64,000 bases of DNA, taken from the NCBI RefSeq assembly GCF_000507245.1, contig NC_023035.1, positions 2,335,570 to 2,399,569 of the forward strand. Reading direction: 5' to 3'. This DNA is from Salinispira pacifica (GTDB lineage Bacteria > Spirochaetota > Spirochaetia > DSM-27196 > Salinispiraceae). Shown piece after piece: positions 55,820 through 64,000 of this stretch (position 1 is its first letter; every line of letters begins with the position of its first letter). The translations under genes and the position numbers were made by a program. The notes beneath the pieces are model-generated. The model saw only the letters and a program-made list of their open reading frames with translations. It was not told the origin of the DNA and made no database searches.

Positions 55820-56722
55820 TCAGGCGGGAAAAACCCCGGTGGACAGGTAGCGATCCCCCCTGTCGCAGATGATGGTGACGATCAGGGCATCATCCACACC
55901 GGACTCCTCAAGTTCTCTGGCCAGCCTGATGGCCACTGCCACGTTTCCGCCGCTGGAAATACCGGAAAACAGACCTTCGTGGGAGGCAAGCATCCGTGCG
56001 GTGCGCTCGGCTTCCTCTTTGGAAACTTCCTCACTGCGGTCAATGCGCGTGGGATCGTAAATGGCAGGAAGATACTCCTCAGGCCAGGCCCTGATGCCCG
56101 GGATTCCGCCCTGGCCGTCGGGGCGTGCACCCACAATCCGAATTTCCCGGCGCTGCTCCTTGAGATACCGGGACGTTCCCATGAGCGTACCAGTCGTCCC
56201 CGTTGACGCCACAAAATGAGTCACCTTGCCGTCGGTGTCCCGCCATATTTCCGGGCCGGTTGTCCGGTAGTGGGCTTCCGGATTGGAAGGATTTCCAAAC
56301 TGGTTCAGAATCACCCCTTCTCCGGCGGCTTCCATCTCCCGTGCCTTGTCTATTGAACCTTCCATGCTCTGATCTTTGGGAGTGAGTATTACCTCGGCAC
56401 CGTAGCTTTTCATCAGCGCAATCCGTTCCTTGCTCATGTGTTCCGGCATGATCAGCACCATTCGGTATCCCCGTACTGCCGCCACCATGGAAAGGCCGAT
56501 ACCCGTGTTTCCGCTGGTAGCCTCAATCAGGGTATCTCCGGGCTTGATCCTGCCGCTGTGTTCCGCATCTGCGATCATCTGCAGGGCCGGACGGTCCTTC
56601 ACCGAACCTGCGGGATTGTTTCCCTCAAGCTTGCATGCAATGATGTTGGGCCCTGTATACAGCTTCTGAAGCCGTACCAGCGGCGTGTTTCCGATAATCT
56701 CTTCAGTGGTGAATATTCGCAT
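55820..56722 (-). CDS. cysK: Cysteine synthase (O-acetylserine sulfhydrylase, CysK/CysM family)
   Basis: 300 aa: ...IIGNTPLVRLQKL...KLEGNNPAGSVKDRPALQMI...TSGNTGIGLSMVAA..., including the PLP-lysine motif. Confidence 0.85.
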   Translation of the reverse strand: MRIFTTEEIIGNTPLVRLQKLYTGPNIIACKLEGNNPAGSVKDRPALQMIADAEHSGRIKPGDTLIEATSGNTGIGLSMVAAVRGYRMVLIMPEHMSKERIALMKSYGAEVILTPKDQSMEGSIDKAREMEAAGEGVILNQFGNPSNPEAHYRTTGPEIWRDTDGKVTHFVASTGTTGTLMGTSRYLKEQRREIRIVGARPDGQGGIPGIRAWPEEYLPAIYDPTRIDRSEEVSKEEAERTARMLASHEGLFSGISSGGNVAVAIRLARELEESGVDDALIVTIICDRGDRYLSTGVFPA

Positions 56723-56953
56723 AACGCTAATATAAGCATATCACGTTTGTTACTCAAGTTTACTCTGGACATTATTCCCGGCAATTTTTATCATGTAACA
56801 AATTCTTATCTGCCTGCTCATATTTACAGCAGCACAAGTCCCAGCAGGGCGCACAATACAGCAAATACGCTGCAGCGAATACGTTTGAGTTGCCGGAACG
56901 GGAGCCGCTGCACGCACCGGCATACAGGCAGGAACCGGATGTGAGGTGGAATC

Positions 56954-57370
56954 ATGAAGATACAACTGGAGCGGATGAACAATGGGGTGCACTTTCAGGC
57001 ACGGAACGAAAGCGGAGCTTCTCTGGATATCGACGGCAGCCCCTCCGTGGGCGGAGAAAACAAGGGAATGCGGCCCATGGAGACCGTCCTGGCCGGCCTT
57101 GCGGGCTGCAGCGCCATGGACCTGGTATCAATCATCAAAAAACAGCGCATGATACTGAATGACTGTAAAATTGATGTAGAAGCGGAGCGGGCCGACGGCG
57201 TCCCATCTCCCTTCACCAAAATTCATCTTCACTACCGGCTCTTTGGATCTTTGGAAGAGGAAAAGACACGAAGGGCCGTTGATCTGGCCGTTGATTCATA
57301 CTGCTCCGTGGCGGTGATGCTGGAAAAATCCGCAGAAATCACCCACAGTTTTGAAATAATCCGGGAGTAA
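56954..57370 (+). CDS. OsmC/Ohr-family peroxiredoxin-like protein
   Basis: 138 aa with the two conserved Cys contexts (...LAGLAGCSAMDLVSI..., ...VDSYCSVAVML...). Confidence 0.75.
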   Translation: MKIQLERMNNGVHFQARNESGASLDIDGSPSVGGENKGMRPMETVLAGLAGCSAMDLVSIIKKQRMILNDCKIDVEAERADGVPSPFTKIHLHYRLFGSLEEEKTRRAVDLAVDSYCSVAVMLEKSAEITHSFEIIRE

Positions 57371-57554
57371 TCCGCCCCGGATCAGGCAGAAGCGGATCAG
57401 AAGGAAGCAGAGCGGACAAAAGCGGCACGGAACAAGCGGCCGCGGCCGAGCCCTCAGCCGGCAGAATCGGGGCCGCCGAATCGCGGCCGAAAAACAGGGA
57501 TACGCCATACAGAATGGATAAATGGCTGAAACTGAGAGGAGGCAGACTTTGAGC

Positions 57555-58772
57555 ATGCAGAATCAGGACAAACGCAACAGCGGCGGACAGGGATTCAATA
57601 CATCGGCGATCCGCAACAGGATGCCTTCGGCGGATATGCATGAACACAGCTCCCCGATTTACATGACATCCAGCTTCACCTTCGAAAGCGCAGAGGAAGC
57701 CAGGGATCTGTTTTCCGGTGAGAGTCAGGGGAACATCTACAGCCGCTACAGCAACCCGAATACCGATGAGTTCATCAACAAAATGATGGTGCTGGAACAC
57801 TGCGAAGATGGTGTTCCCCTTGCCTCGGGGATGTCCGCCATGTTTGTGAGCATTCTTGCGCATCTCAACAGCGGGGATCATCTGGTGGCAAGCCGCTCAA
57901 TCTTTGGTTCTACCCATCAGATCATCACCCAAATTCTGCCCCGATGGGGAATCGAATACAGTTATGTGGATATCGGAGGGGATGAATACCGGCAAAATCC
58001 CCGGAGGGCCTGGGAAGAAGCCCTCAGGCCCAATACCAAAATGCTGTTCTGCGAAACCCCCTCGAATCCAGGTCTTGATATCATCGATCTTGAGATGCTG
58101 GGGAAGCTGTGCCGGAACAGGGGAATTCTGTTCAATGTGGATAACTGTTTCGCAACCCCCTATTTCCAGAATCCCCGGGATTTCGGAGCTGATATTGTGG
58201 GTCACTCGGCCACAAAATTCATTGACGGCCAGGGGCGCAGCCTCGGCGGGGTGCTGCTGGGCAGCAGTGAGGCAATCGAACCCATACGCTTTTTCGCCCG
58301 CCACAGCGGCCCTGCTCTCAGCCCTTTCAACGCATGGATTCTCTCCAAAAGTCTGGAGACCCTCGGACTGAGAATGGAACGGCATGCGGATAATGCGGAA
58401 AAGATTGTTGAGTTTCTGAAAGGCCGCAGGGAAATCTCATGGGTCAAATATCCCCATGATCCCGATCATCCCGGATATTCCACCGCAAAAAAGCAGATGC
58501 GCAGGGGCGGTGCCATGGTAAGCTTTGAACTGAAGGACGGCCTGAAAGCGGGAATCAGTTTTCTGAACAGCCTTGAGATGATCAGCCTCACCGCGAACCT
58601 GGGGGACAGCCGAAGCATCGCAACTCATCCTGCCAGCACCACCCATTCAAAACTCAGTCCCGGGGAGAGAGCAACGGTTGGAATCAGCGACGGATTTGTG
58701 CGCATATCCGCGGGTCTTGAAGATGCGGAAGATATTATTCAGGATATTCAGCAGGCTCTGGAGAGAAGCTGA
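57555..58772 (+). CDS. O-succinyl/acetyl-homoserine sulfhydrylase family PLP enzyme (MetZ/MetY/MetB-like)
   Basis: ...IYMTSSFTFESAEEARDLFSGESQGNIYSRYSNPNTDEF... and the PLP-Lys motif GHSATKFIDGQGRSLGGVLLG. ATG 57555 has an AGGAGG RBS. The ORF track starts at 57522. Confidence 0.8.
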   Translation: MQNQDKRNSGGQGFNTSAIRNRMPSADMHEHSSPIYMTSSFTFESAEEARDLFSGESQGNIYSRYSNPNTDEFINKMMVLEHCEDGVPLASGMSAMFVSILAHLNSGDHLVASRSIFGSTHQIITQILPRWGIEYSYVDIGGDEYRQNPRRAWEEALRPNTKMLFCETPSNPGLDIIDLEMLGKLCRNRGILFNVDNCFATPYFQNPRDFGADIVGHSATKFIDGQGRSLGGVLLGSSEAIEPIRFFARHSGPALSPFNAWILSKSLETLGLRMERHADNAEKIVEFLKGRREISWVKYPHDPDHPGYSTAKKQMRRGGAMVSFELKDGLKAGISFLNSLEMISLTANLGDSRSIATHPASTTHSKLSPGERATVGISDGFVRISAGLEDAEDIIQDIQQALERS

Positions 58773-58942
58773 GCATCCGGGCGGACAAAGAGCACTGGCG
58801 GACAGTGAACATCAGCCCCCGAACAAACGGACAGAATGTACAAACAGGCGGAGTGCAAACACTCAGGCGGAGAGCAGCGCATCAGTGGGGTTGCATGAAA
58901 CAGCCCCCGGGGAAAAACCGGGGAAAATCCAGGGAGAGATAC

Positions 58943-59782
58943 ATGTCAGCAAAAACAGAAACAGCAGAACAAACAGCGGGAACAAGCACAGATCAGCCGG
59001 AACAGCGTAAATGGGCGCTGATCACCGGGGCAAGCTCAGGAATCGGTGCGGCCTTCGCACGGCAGCTGGCATCCCGGGGATACTTTCTCATTCTCAACGG
59101 CCGGCGGGCTGAAAAGCTTACGCCGTTGAAGGCAGAGCTGGAACGTCTGTATTCCGGGAGACACGAACTGGTTCTGGGTGACCTGAGAGAAGAGCCGGTG
59201 ATCCAGGAACTGATTACCCTGGGCAACCGGCATGAAATTGATCTGCTCATTAATAATGCCGGCTACGGGGCCGGTGTGGATTTTCTCCAGGATGACGCAG
59301 CGGCACAGTTGGGAATGCTGCAGGTTCATTGCACAGCGGTGGTACAACTGTGCAGGGGGCTCATTCCCGGAATGCAGCAGAGAGGACGGGGGGAAGTGAT
59401 TAATGTAAGCTCGGTTGCGGGTGAACAGAGTCTTCCCAAAAGCGTAATGTACGGTGCCAGCAAGAGCTTTCTCACTCGGTTCACCGAAGCGCTGGCCCTG
59501 GAGCTTCGCCCCTCAGGCGTACGGATGCAGGCCCTGCTTCCGGGGTTCACCCACACCGACTTCCACGACAAGCTGCCGGAGTGGGAACGGGAAAAACGGA
59601 ACCGGGGCATCGTGCGCTGGCAGAGCGCTTCCCAGGTGGCGGAATACTCCCTGAACATGCTGAAAAAACGGCCGGGAAAAATTATTGCGATCCCCGGGTT
59701 TTTCAACCGGCTCATTGCAAAGATTCCCGTGCTTCTCCCGAAAAAACTCTATTATGCCATGGCAGTGAGGATTACCCGGTAA
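58943..59782 (+). CDS. Short-chain dehydrogenase/reductase (SDR)
   Basis: From the internal ATG: ...KWALITGASSGIGAAFARQLASRGY... (TGxxxGxG) and YGASKSF (YxxxK). The ORF track starts at 58805. Confidence 0.75.
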   Translation: MSAKTETAEQTAGTSTDQPEQRKWALITGASSGIGAAFARQLASRGYFLILNGRRAEKLTPLKAELERLYSGRHELVLGDLREEPVIQELITLGNRHEIDLLINNAGYGAGVDFLQDDAAAQLGMLQVHCTAVVQLCRGLIPGMQQRGRGEVINVSSVAGEQSLPKSVMYGASKSFLTRFTEALALELRPSGVRMQALLPGFTHTDFHDKLPEWEREKRNRGIVRWQSASQVAEYSLNMLKKRPGKIIAIPGFFNRLIAKIPVLLPKKLYYAMAVRITR

Positions 59783-59789
59783 AACTCAC

Positions 59790-60413
59790 TTACTTGCCGT
59801 CGCCGGCATCATGAATGTCGTGGGGCAATGGGTCGTCGGCATCCTCTATGTTGATATCAACGGGCCGGGCTTCATCTTCCTCCCGGTCACCGGATGTTCC
59901 CGAATCCTTTGCATTTTCGCCGTTCTCTGAGCGGTCACGGTTCATATTCTGATTCATTCTGGAAAAAAACGATCCGAACTGGTTCAGGCCGTCTTTAATA
60001 AACTCCCCCGCCTGCTCGGCAAAGCTTTCCATGGGTTCGGCGGCATCTTCCATTCCTTCCTGAACCGTTTTCTTTCCGGTGAATACATCCTGCATGTTCC
60101 GCATACCCCTGGCAAATTCGGGGAACACATCTCCGCCGCCGGTGGCGATGCGCAGCTGCTCCCGGTAGATGGGAGCAAGCCCGGGATACTCCTTGAGCAG
60201 CCAGGCCAGCACAGAACGCAGATATACCACCCGTTCACGGTCGCCTCCGCTGCGGGCACGACCCAGGTCCTGAATAACATGGGACACAACTCCTCCCATC
60301 CGGGCCGATCGTTCCGCCTTTTCCAGGTCAAGTTCTCTCAGATACTGGGCTGCGCCCAGAAAATTTTTGTCATTAAGCAGTTCGCTCAAAAGGTCCTTTT
60401 GCTCAACAGTCAT
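59790..60413 (-). CDS. Hypothetical protein (207 aa), acidic low-complexity C-terminus
   Basis: Clean ORF with no TM and no recognisable family. It lies downstream (minus strand) of the DUF2807-like gene. Confidence 0.4.
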   Translation of the reverse strand: MTVEQKDLLSELLNDKNFLGAAQYLRELDLEKAERSARMGGVVSHVIQDLGRARSGGDRERVVYLRSVLAWLLKEYPGLAPIYREQLRIATGGGDVFPEFARGMRNMQDVFTGKKTVQEGMEDAAEPMESFAEQAGEFIKDGLNQFGSFFSRMNQNMNRDRSENGENAKDSGTSGDREEDEARPVDINIEDADDPLPHDIHDAGDGK

Positions 60414-60549
60414 GTTTCCTCCTGACGAAATTACCGGGATATTTGCCGGGCATGAGGGCAGCCGGTCCTCCCGCGCTGCTTCTCATCCCGTCCCTGGATG
60501 TTCGTTTCATTGTGCCGCTACTCCAAACCCTGAAAGTTCGTGCGGCTCT

Positions 60550-61257
60550 TTAGTCAAAGTACTCGAAACTTCCCAGACCGTCTATGCGAAAATCCTTTTC
60601 CGACACACTTCCGGTATACCGGACCTTTCCCACTCCATCCAGAGAACCGCTGATTGGACCTCCGTCCATTCGTATGGATACTTTGGCAGCACCTTCGATC
60701 CGCAGATCGGCGGTGTATGTGAGAGAGTTCTGCAGATCCACATTCGCTGCACCCTCTGCTTTCAGACGTACATCATTAAACTCGCAGTCTTCAGCCAGGA
60801 TCTTTGCTGCGCCTTCCAGGCGTAGCTCAAGTGCGTCCAGATTCATCCCGGAAATATCAACAGAGGAAGCTCCCTCCACCGATATGAGGGAAAGCTCTTC
60901 CAGATACACTGTGGCCTCCATCTCCTTTGCGAATCCCCGGAACCCGCCCGGTGCGGGCAAGGTAAGACGGGAGTCCTGCTGGGTCCTGATATCGTCAATA
61001 ATCTCTCCAGGGGCATTCAGGGTTATCCGCTGCCCGGCGCTGTCTGCGGGAAGAATACGCACATCCCACACGCCTCTGATCTCAAGCTCATTAATATCAC
61101 TCAAATCCAATTCCGCATCACTGAAATCGACATCCATTTCTGTCTCCACAAACTGTTTACCGCGGTTCACCATCAGGGTAACCGCCAGAATAATCACCAG
61201 CACAGCTGCAATAATCCCCGCTGCGGCAATCCAGGTGTATTTCGAAGTTCCCGGCAT
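60550..61257 (-). CDS. DUF2807-like (GIN-domain / putative adhesin-head beta-helix) membrane-anchored protein
   Basis: N-terminal TM (WIAAAGIIAAVLVIILAVTLMV), then repeated approximately 20-aa beta-helix-like units (...VDISGMNLDALELRLEGAAKIL.../...VDLQNSLTYTADLRIEGAAKVSI.../...GSLDGVGKVRYTGSVS...) typical of that family. Confidence 0.45.
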   Translation of the reverse strand: MPGTSKYTWIAAAGIIAAVLVIILAVTLMVNRGKQFVETEMDVDFSDAELDLSDINELEIRGVWDVRILPADSAGQRITLNAPGEIIDDIRTQQDSRLTLPAPGGFRGFAKEMEATVYLEELSLISVEGASSVDISGMNLDALELRLEGAAKILAEDCEFNDVRLKAEGAANVDLQNSLTYTADLRIEGAAKVSIRMDGGPISGSLDGVGKVRYTGSVSEKDFRIDGLGSFEYFD

Positions 61258-61299
61258 GTTTTTTCCTCCTAAAGCTGGTAGAATAGCCCCGGGGGGCGC

Positions 61300-62787
61300 A
61301 TGAATTCCAACAACAGATCACCATTTTCCTTTGTAACAGATGAGAAGATCAATCCTGCCACCGGGTTTTTTCACAGGTTTTTTCCGGCGCTTTTTCTCGT
61401 ATTAATGCTCATGTCGTCCCCGTCAGCAGCCGCCCAGGAGCAGCAGCTGGCGGTGATGATTCCCGAAGACAGCACCTACCTCAGCAGATACAACATCAGA
61501 GTCTACCGGGACAATCGGTATGAGGGATTACGCTACAGTGAAATATCAGGCCAACTGACCAGTATTGAAGACGGCTATGAAAGCACGTTCTGGCACAGCA
61601 ACGAAACCACCCGGGACCTGCGAACCGTCATGGCCGCTGTAGATTCCCGAAGCAATCGAACAACCAATCTTGACGAGCTGACCTACACAGAAAAACCTCT
61701 GAGCGGCTCATATCCACGGCACCTCACCCAGCTTCCCGAATACCGGAATTTTCCGCTCCTGCCCCCGGCAACTCTCCGCCGTCTGGAAGGCCCGGGGATT
61801 CCCCGGACGGGAGACAGCTATGAGGCATTTGCATACCGCCTTGTTGATCCGCTGGGAAGGGGGGAGTTCACGCCTGTTCAGGTGTATGTACGCTATATTT
61901 ACCAGGGAACCGGAGATTATCTGGGCAGCAAAGTGCACTTTATTAACGCCGATTTTGCCCTCCGAAGTGACGGCCGGCTCACCGGATTCCGGGTTCAGGG
62001 CAGCAACCGGGTACGGATCGCAGTTTTTCCCGGCGAGGAAACCAAAATCTTCATGAGCAACACCCTGAACGAACAGTACCAGCTTCAATCCGGGAATCTG
62101 CTGCGGCTGGAGGGCTTCGGTCAGACCTGGATTCGAAGCCCCAGGCCCGTTTTTCAGGACCCTCAATTCCTCCGGGGCATCGCCTCCGCCACAGCAAACG
62201 GCCCGGGCACCATGCCTCCGGGCTCATCCTCTGATCCCCGGTCCGGCAGACCTACCGATGCTCCTTCTCATGAACCTTCCGACGAACCTTCCGGAACAGA
62301 ACCGGCGGCCACCCCGGAAGACGGAGTCACCGATGATGAGCCGGGGAAGGATGATGATGATACCAGTCTTGCCGCCCTCCCCGATCTTCCGAGTATTATC
62401 CCGTCGGAATCCGGGAATATTGAGGTGAGCCGGGATCAGCTTGGACTGAAGCTCAACATCCCGGATATTAAATTCGCAGCAGACAGTGCTGAACTGCTCC
62501 CGGGTGAGATATCCCGGGTGGACCGCCTTCATGAAATACTGGCAGAAAGCGGCCAGCGTCGGATTCTGATTATCGGGCATACCGCAGATGTGGGAAATCC
62601 CCGGGGACAGCAGCAGCTGTCACAGGAACGAGCCCGGCGAGTGGGAGAACTGCTTATTGAGCGGGGCATACAACCGGCCAGAATTCGCTTCGAAGGCCGG
62701 GGAGGCACAGAACCGGTGGGGGACAACGCAACTCCAGCCGGCCGGGCCAGGAACCGGAGGGTTGAGGTGATTATTCTGAATCAGTAA
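61300..62787 (+). CDS. OmpA-family protein: unknown N-terminal domain (about 330 aa), Pro/Ser/Thr/Asp-rich linker, OmpA-like peptidoglycan-binding C-terminus
   Basis: C-terminal ...FAADSAELLPGEISRVDRLHEILAESGQRRILIIGHTADVG...LSQERARRVGELLIERGI...NRRVEVIILNQ is an OmpA_C domain. Signal peptide near FFPALFLVLMLMSSPSAAAQE. Confidence 0.75.
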   Translation: MNSNNRSPFSFVTDEKINPATGFFHRFFPALFLVLMLMSSPSAAAQEQQLAVMIPEDSTYLSRYNIRVYRDNRYEGLRYSEISGQLTSIEDGYESTFWHSNETTRDLRTVMAAVDSRSNRTTNLDELTYTEKPLSGSYPRHLTQLPEYRNFPLLPPATLRRLEGPGIPRTGDSYEAFAYRLVDPLGRGEFTPVQVYVRYIYQGTGDYLGSKVHFINADFALRSDGRLTGFRVQGSNRVRIAVFPGEETKIFMSNTLNEQYQLQSGNLLRLEGFGQTWIRSPRPVFQDPQFLRGIASATANGPGTMPPGSSSDPRSGRPTDAPSHEPSDEPSGTEPAATPEDGVTDDEPGKDDDDTSLAALPDLPSIIPSESGNIEVSRDQLGLKLNIPDIKFAADSAELLPGEISRVDRLHEILAESGQRRILIIGHTADVGNPRGQQQLSQERARRVGELLIERGIQPARIRFEGRGGTEPVGDNATPAGRARNRRVEVIILNQ

Positions 62788-62915
62788 ACGCCGGAGAAGA
62801 TATTCCCGCTTGAGAAACATTCCGGCAGAAACTACACTGATAGCAGTGCAACGAAGCATGTAAAAATGTTTCACAAGCTTCGCGGCACTGGATTTTGATT
62901 AACGGCGGCTCGCCC

Positions 62916-64000
62916 ATGACCGGACAAAGGAAAAACACAACTCTGACGCTGCTCCTTGCAGCTATTCTTCTCAGTTTTCTTCAGCTGGAGCCGATACACG
63001 CCCAGGAAGCAGAACGGCGGACCGGAGAAACCACCACTCCGGTTGTGATATATGGAATAATGCCCGACGCCCATCCAACAACCTTCCTGGATGAAAATGA
63101 GCAGCCCTCGGGATTCTTTGTGGAGCTGTTCAGCCGAATTCTCAGAGAAGAGGGCTACCGTATCAATTTTGTGGTGGATGACTTTCAGAGTCTATACGCT
63201 ATGCTGGTGAGAGGGGAAATTGATCTGTTCACCTCTCTCTCACGGAGCATGGAGCGTGAACGGCTTTTTTACTTTTCCCAGACCCCGAGCACCGTTGCCT
63301 GGGCTGAACTGTTTATCAGTCAGGATAATCAATTCGGAGGAATCGCCGATCTACGGAACAAAAATATCGCACTGGTAGGCGGCGTTAGCCAGAGTGATGC
63401 ATTCAGACGGGCCATGGAAGATTTTGAAATTCAGTTCAATGAAGTGCCTGTAAGCTCTTTTGCAGAGGCCGCCCAGCTGGTGACTGACTCCCGGGCCTAC
63501 GGCATGGTGGCATACAACTGGTTTGTTCTCGATGACCCCCGGGTGAAGCCCAGCGGCTTCAGTTTTCAACCCACCGCCGGTTACCCGGCATTCAGCAAAA
63601 CCGACCGCAATCGTCAGCTGGCCGATCTTGTTTCTCAACGTTTGATCGAACTGAAGAACGATCCAGACTCATACTACTACCGCCTGTACAATACATGGAT
63701 TCTCTCCACCACCGAAACCCTTCCCCCCTGGTTTTCCGCCCTGATTTTTGCATCGGCTTTTCTGGTATTTATACTCATATCATTTCTGATGCTTCTGAGA
63801 CGGGAAGTGGCCAAACGTACGGCGGAGCTGGCTGGGCTGAATCAGGAACTGGAACAACGGGTGGAACAACGCTCCCGCCAGCTTCTGGAAATATCCCAAA
63901 AAGCCAGGCGTGAGGAGACCGTTCAGACCCTCTCTTCAATGATCGCAGGCCTTACCCACCGCATCAATTCCCCATTGGGCAATGCAATCACCACCGCATC
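62916..64000 (+). CDS. Sensor histidine kinase with an N-terminal periplasmic solute-binding (PBPb/SBP_bac_3-like) domain; 3' end beyond the window
   Basis: ATG at 62916; signal/TM ...TLTLLLAAILLSFLQLEPIHAQE. The periplasmic domain resembles amino-acid-binding PBPs (...GFFVELFSRILREEGYRINFV...), then a TM (FSALIFASAFLVFILISFLMLL), a coiled-coil and the HisKA H-box (...MIAGLTHRINSPLGN...). There is no stop before 64000, so it is absent from the ORF track. Confidence 0.6.
   Translation, partial: MTGQRKNTTLTLLLAAILLSFLQLEPIHAQEAERRTGETTTPVVIYGIMPDAHPTTFLDENEQPSGFFVELFSRILREEGYRINFVVDDFQSLYAMLVRGEIDLFTSLSRSMERERLFYFSQTPSTVAWAELFISQDNQFGGIADLRNKNIALVGGVSQSDAFRRAMEDFEIQFNEVPVSSFAEAAQLVTDSRAYGMVAYNWFVLDDPRVKPSGFSFQPTAGYPAFSKTDRNRQLADLVSQRLIELKNDPDSYYYRLYNTWILSTTETLPPWFSALIFASAFLVFILISFLMLLRREVAKRTAELAGLNQELEQRVEQRSRQLLEISQKARREETVQTLSSMIAGLTHRINSPLGNAITTA

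Noticed and set aside
1-64000. Search for tRNA/rRNA genes, transposases, integrases, toxin-antitoxin pairs or known phage-defence modules
   Set aside because: None found. Intergenic regions are short, and the only long ones (8606-8876, 52267-52611) show no cloverleaf or T-loop (GGTTCGAATCC-like) signatures. No protein shows DDE, tyrosine-recombinase or RT motifs.

Overview
This 64-kb window has roughly 55-57% GC and is densely coding on both strands. It looks like a chromosomal segment from an anaerobic, probably spirochete-like bacterium. Supporting that guess: rubredoxin, ferritin, thiol peroxidase and an Na+-NQR complex are all present, several lipoproteins carry relaxed lipoboxes, and there are OmpA and LolA-like proteins. 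I found no rRNA, tRNA, CRISPR array, transposase or integrase. Most genes are housekeeping: nqrBCDEF, aroK-aroC, ettA/uup-like ABC-F, xthA, a rhomboid protease, prfA-prmC-rel, tpx, trmL, proC, serS, acnA, cysK, osmC and metZ. Six things stand out. (1) A 7-gene operon encodes a YtrA-type GntR regulator, a polytopic SPFH/stomatin protein, a MacB/Lol-type ABC transporter (ATPase plus two FtsX permeases), a LolA-like protein and a putative outer-membrane barrel, behind a recognisable sigma70 promoter and operator. (2) Two tandem paralogues share the same module of two periplasmic sensor domains on four TM helices; one ends in HAMP plus a class III adenylate cyclase, the other in a 12-TM MFS transporter. 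They are co-transcribed with a formyltransferase-family enzyme and an AAC(3)-like N-acetyltransferase. (3) The nqr operon has no nqrA. (4) Two genes (acnA and a MalF-like permease) are interrupted by a 1-nt deletion in a C/G homopolymer, and the partner MalG-like permease is truncated. (5) A strong minus-strand terminator sits immediately upstream of the acnA promoter and probably closes an unannotated small RNA. (6) A 1066-aa secreted protein combines an HExxH motif, a beta-propeller-like region, tandem peptide repeats and a likely C-terminal beta-barrel. Hand-derived coordinates for features shorter than the 60-aa ORF-track cut-off may be off by 1 nt.
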